Origin: an uncultured bacterium
Lineage (GTDB): Bacteria; Planctomycetota; UBA1135; GCA-002686595
Direction of reading: 5' to 3'
Length of the DNA: 64,000 bases
NCBI GenBank assembly: GCA_943787795.1
Contig: CALSNU010000001.1
Location: forward strand, 192,001 to 256,000
A program made the position numbers and the translations under genes. The notes beneath the pieces were generated by a model. That model had not been told where the DNA came from, did no database searches, and saw only the letters and a list, made by a program, of their open reading frames with translations. Shown in pieces: positions 63,682 to 64,000 of this stretch; position 1 is the first letter of the stretch; each line of letters begins with the position of its first letter.

Positions 63682-64000
63682 ATGAATCGTCTTCTCCTCG
63701 CTGCCGCCGTCCTGGCCAGCGCTTCCTCGTTGCCCTCCATCGCCGCCGCTCAAGCTGCGGTGTCCGCCTCCGCGGAGGCTGAGCAGCCCAACATTCTCGT
63801 GATCTGGGGCGATGACATCGGCCAGTCCAACATCAGCGCCTACACGCGCGGATTGATGGGCTACCGGACGCCGAACATCGACCGTATCGCCAGCGAGGGG
63901 ATGCTCTTCACCGATTACTACGGAGAGCAGTCCTGCACCGCCGGGCGCTCCTCCTTCATCATGGGCCAGAGCGTCTTCCGCACGGGGCTCTCCAAGGTCG
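63682..64000 (+). CDS. Arylsulfatase, N-terminal part (runs off window end)
   Basis: Signal peptide; [28 protein letters not shown] formylglycine motif. Confidence 0.9.
   Translation, partial: MNRLLLAAAVLASASSLPSIAAAQAAVSASAEAEQPNILVIWGDDIGQSNISAYTRGLMGYRTPNIDRIASEGMLFTDYYGEQSCTAGRSSFIMGQSVFRTGLSKV

Overview
High-GC bacterial DNA, probably from a planctomycete. This assignment is inference: it rests on five PQQ/BamB-like beta-propeller paralogues, a sulfatase, and secreted proteins sharing a 'YCSPA..NSSG...GETWxFQxWFxD...F(S/T)DA..VTF' C-terminus. I found no rRNA, tRNA, CRISPR array, integrase or transposase. Bases 1-20 kb hold housekeeping and secreted genes: a SahR-like regulator coupled to metH with a palindromic operator, a Cys-insert hemH, an AsmA-like protein, a sortilin/BNR glycoside hydrolase-like protein, nagA and an RRM protein. 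The main candidate novel system is a fragmented, all plus-strand, cryptic isoprenoid/meroterpenoid-like gene set in three blocks. Block A (21-33.6 kb): flavin halogenase-like enzyme, orphan GcvH, CobW GTPase, HdrA-N-like Cys protein, ferredoxin, radical SAM, DUF116-polyprenyl synthase fusion, prenyltransferase-fold protein and a DxDD class II terpene cyclase. Block B (39-49 kb): two beta-propellers, DUF3311 plus sodium:solute symporter, EhpF-like adenylating enzyme, EhpG-like aldehyde dehydrogenase and Fe-ADH. Block C (57-61 kb): beta-propeller, HemN-like radical SAM and GT4. A diverged 163-bp duplicate of the cyclase 3' end appears to record a recombinational gene insertion. All functional calls come from motif recognition by eye; no database searches were run.
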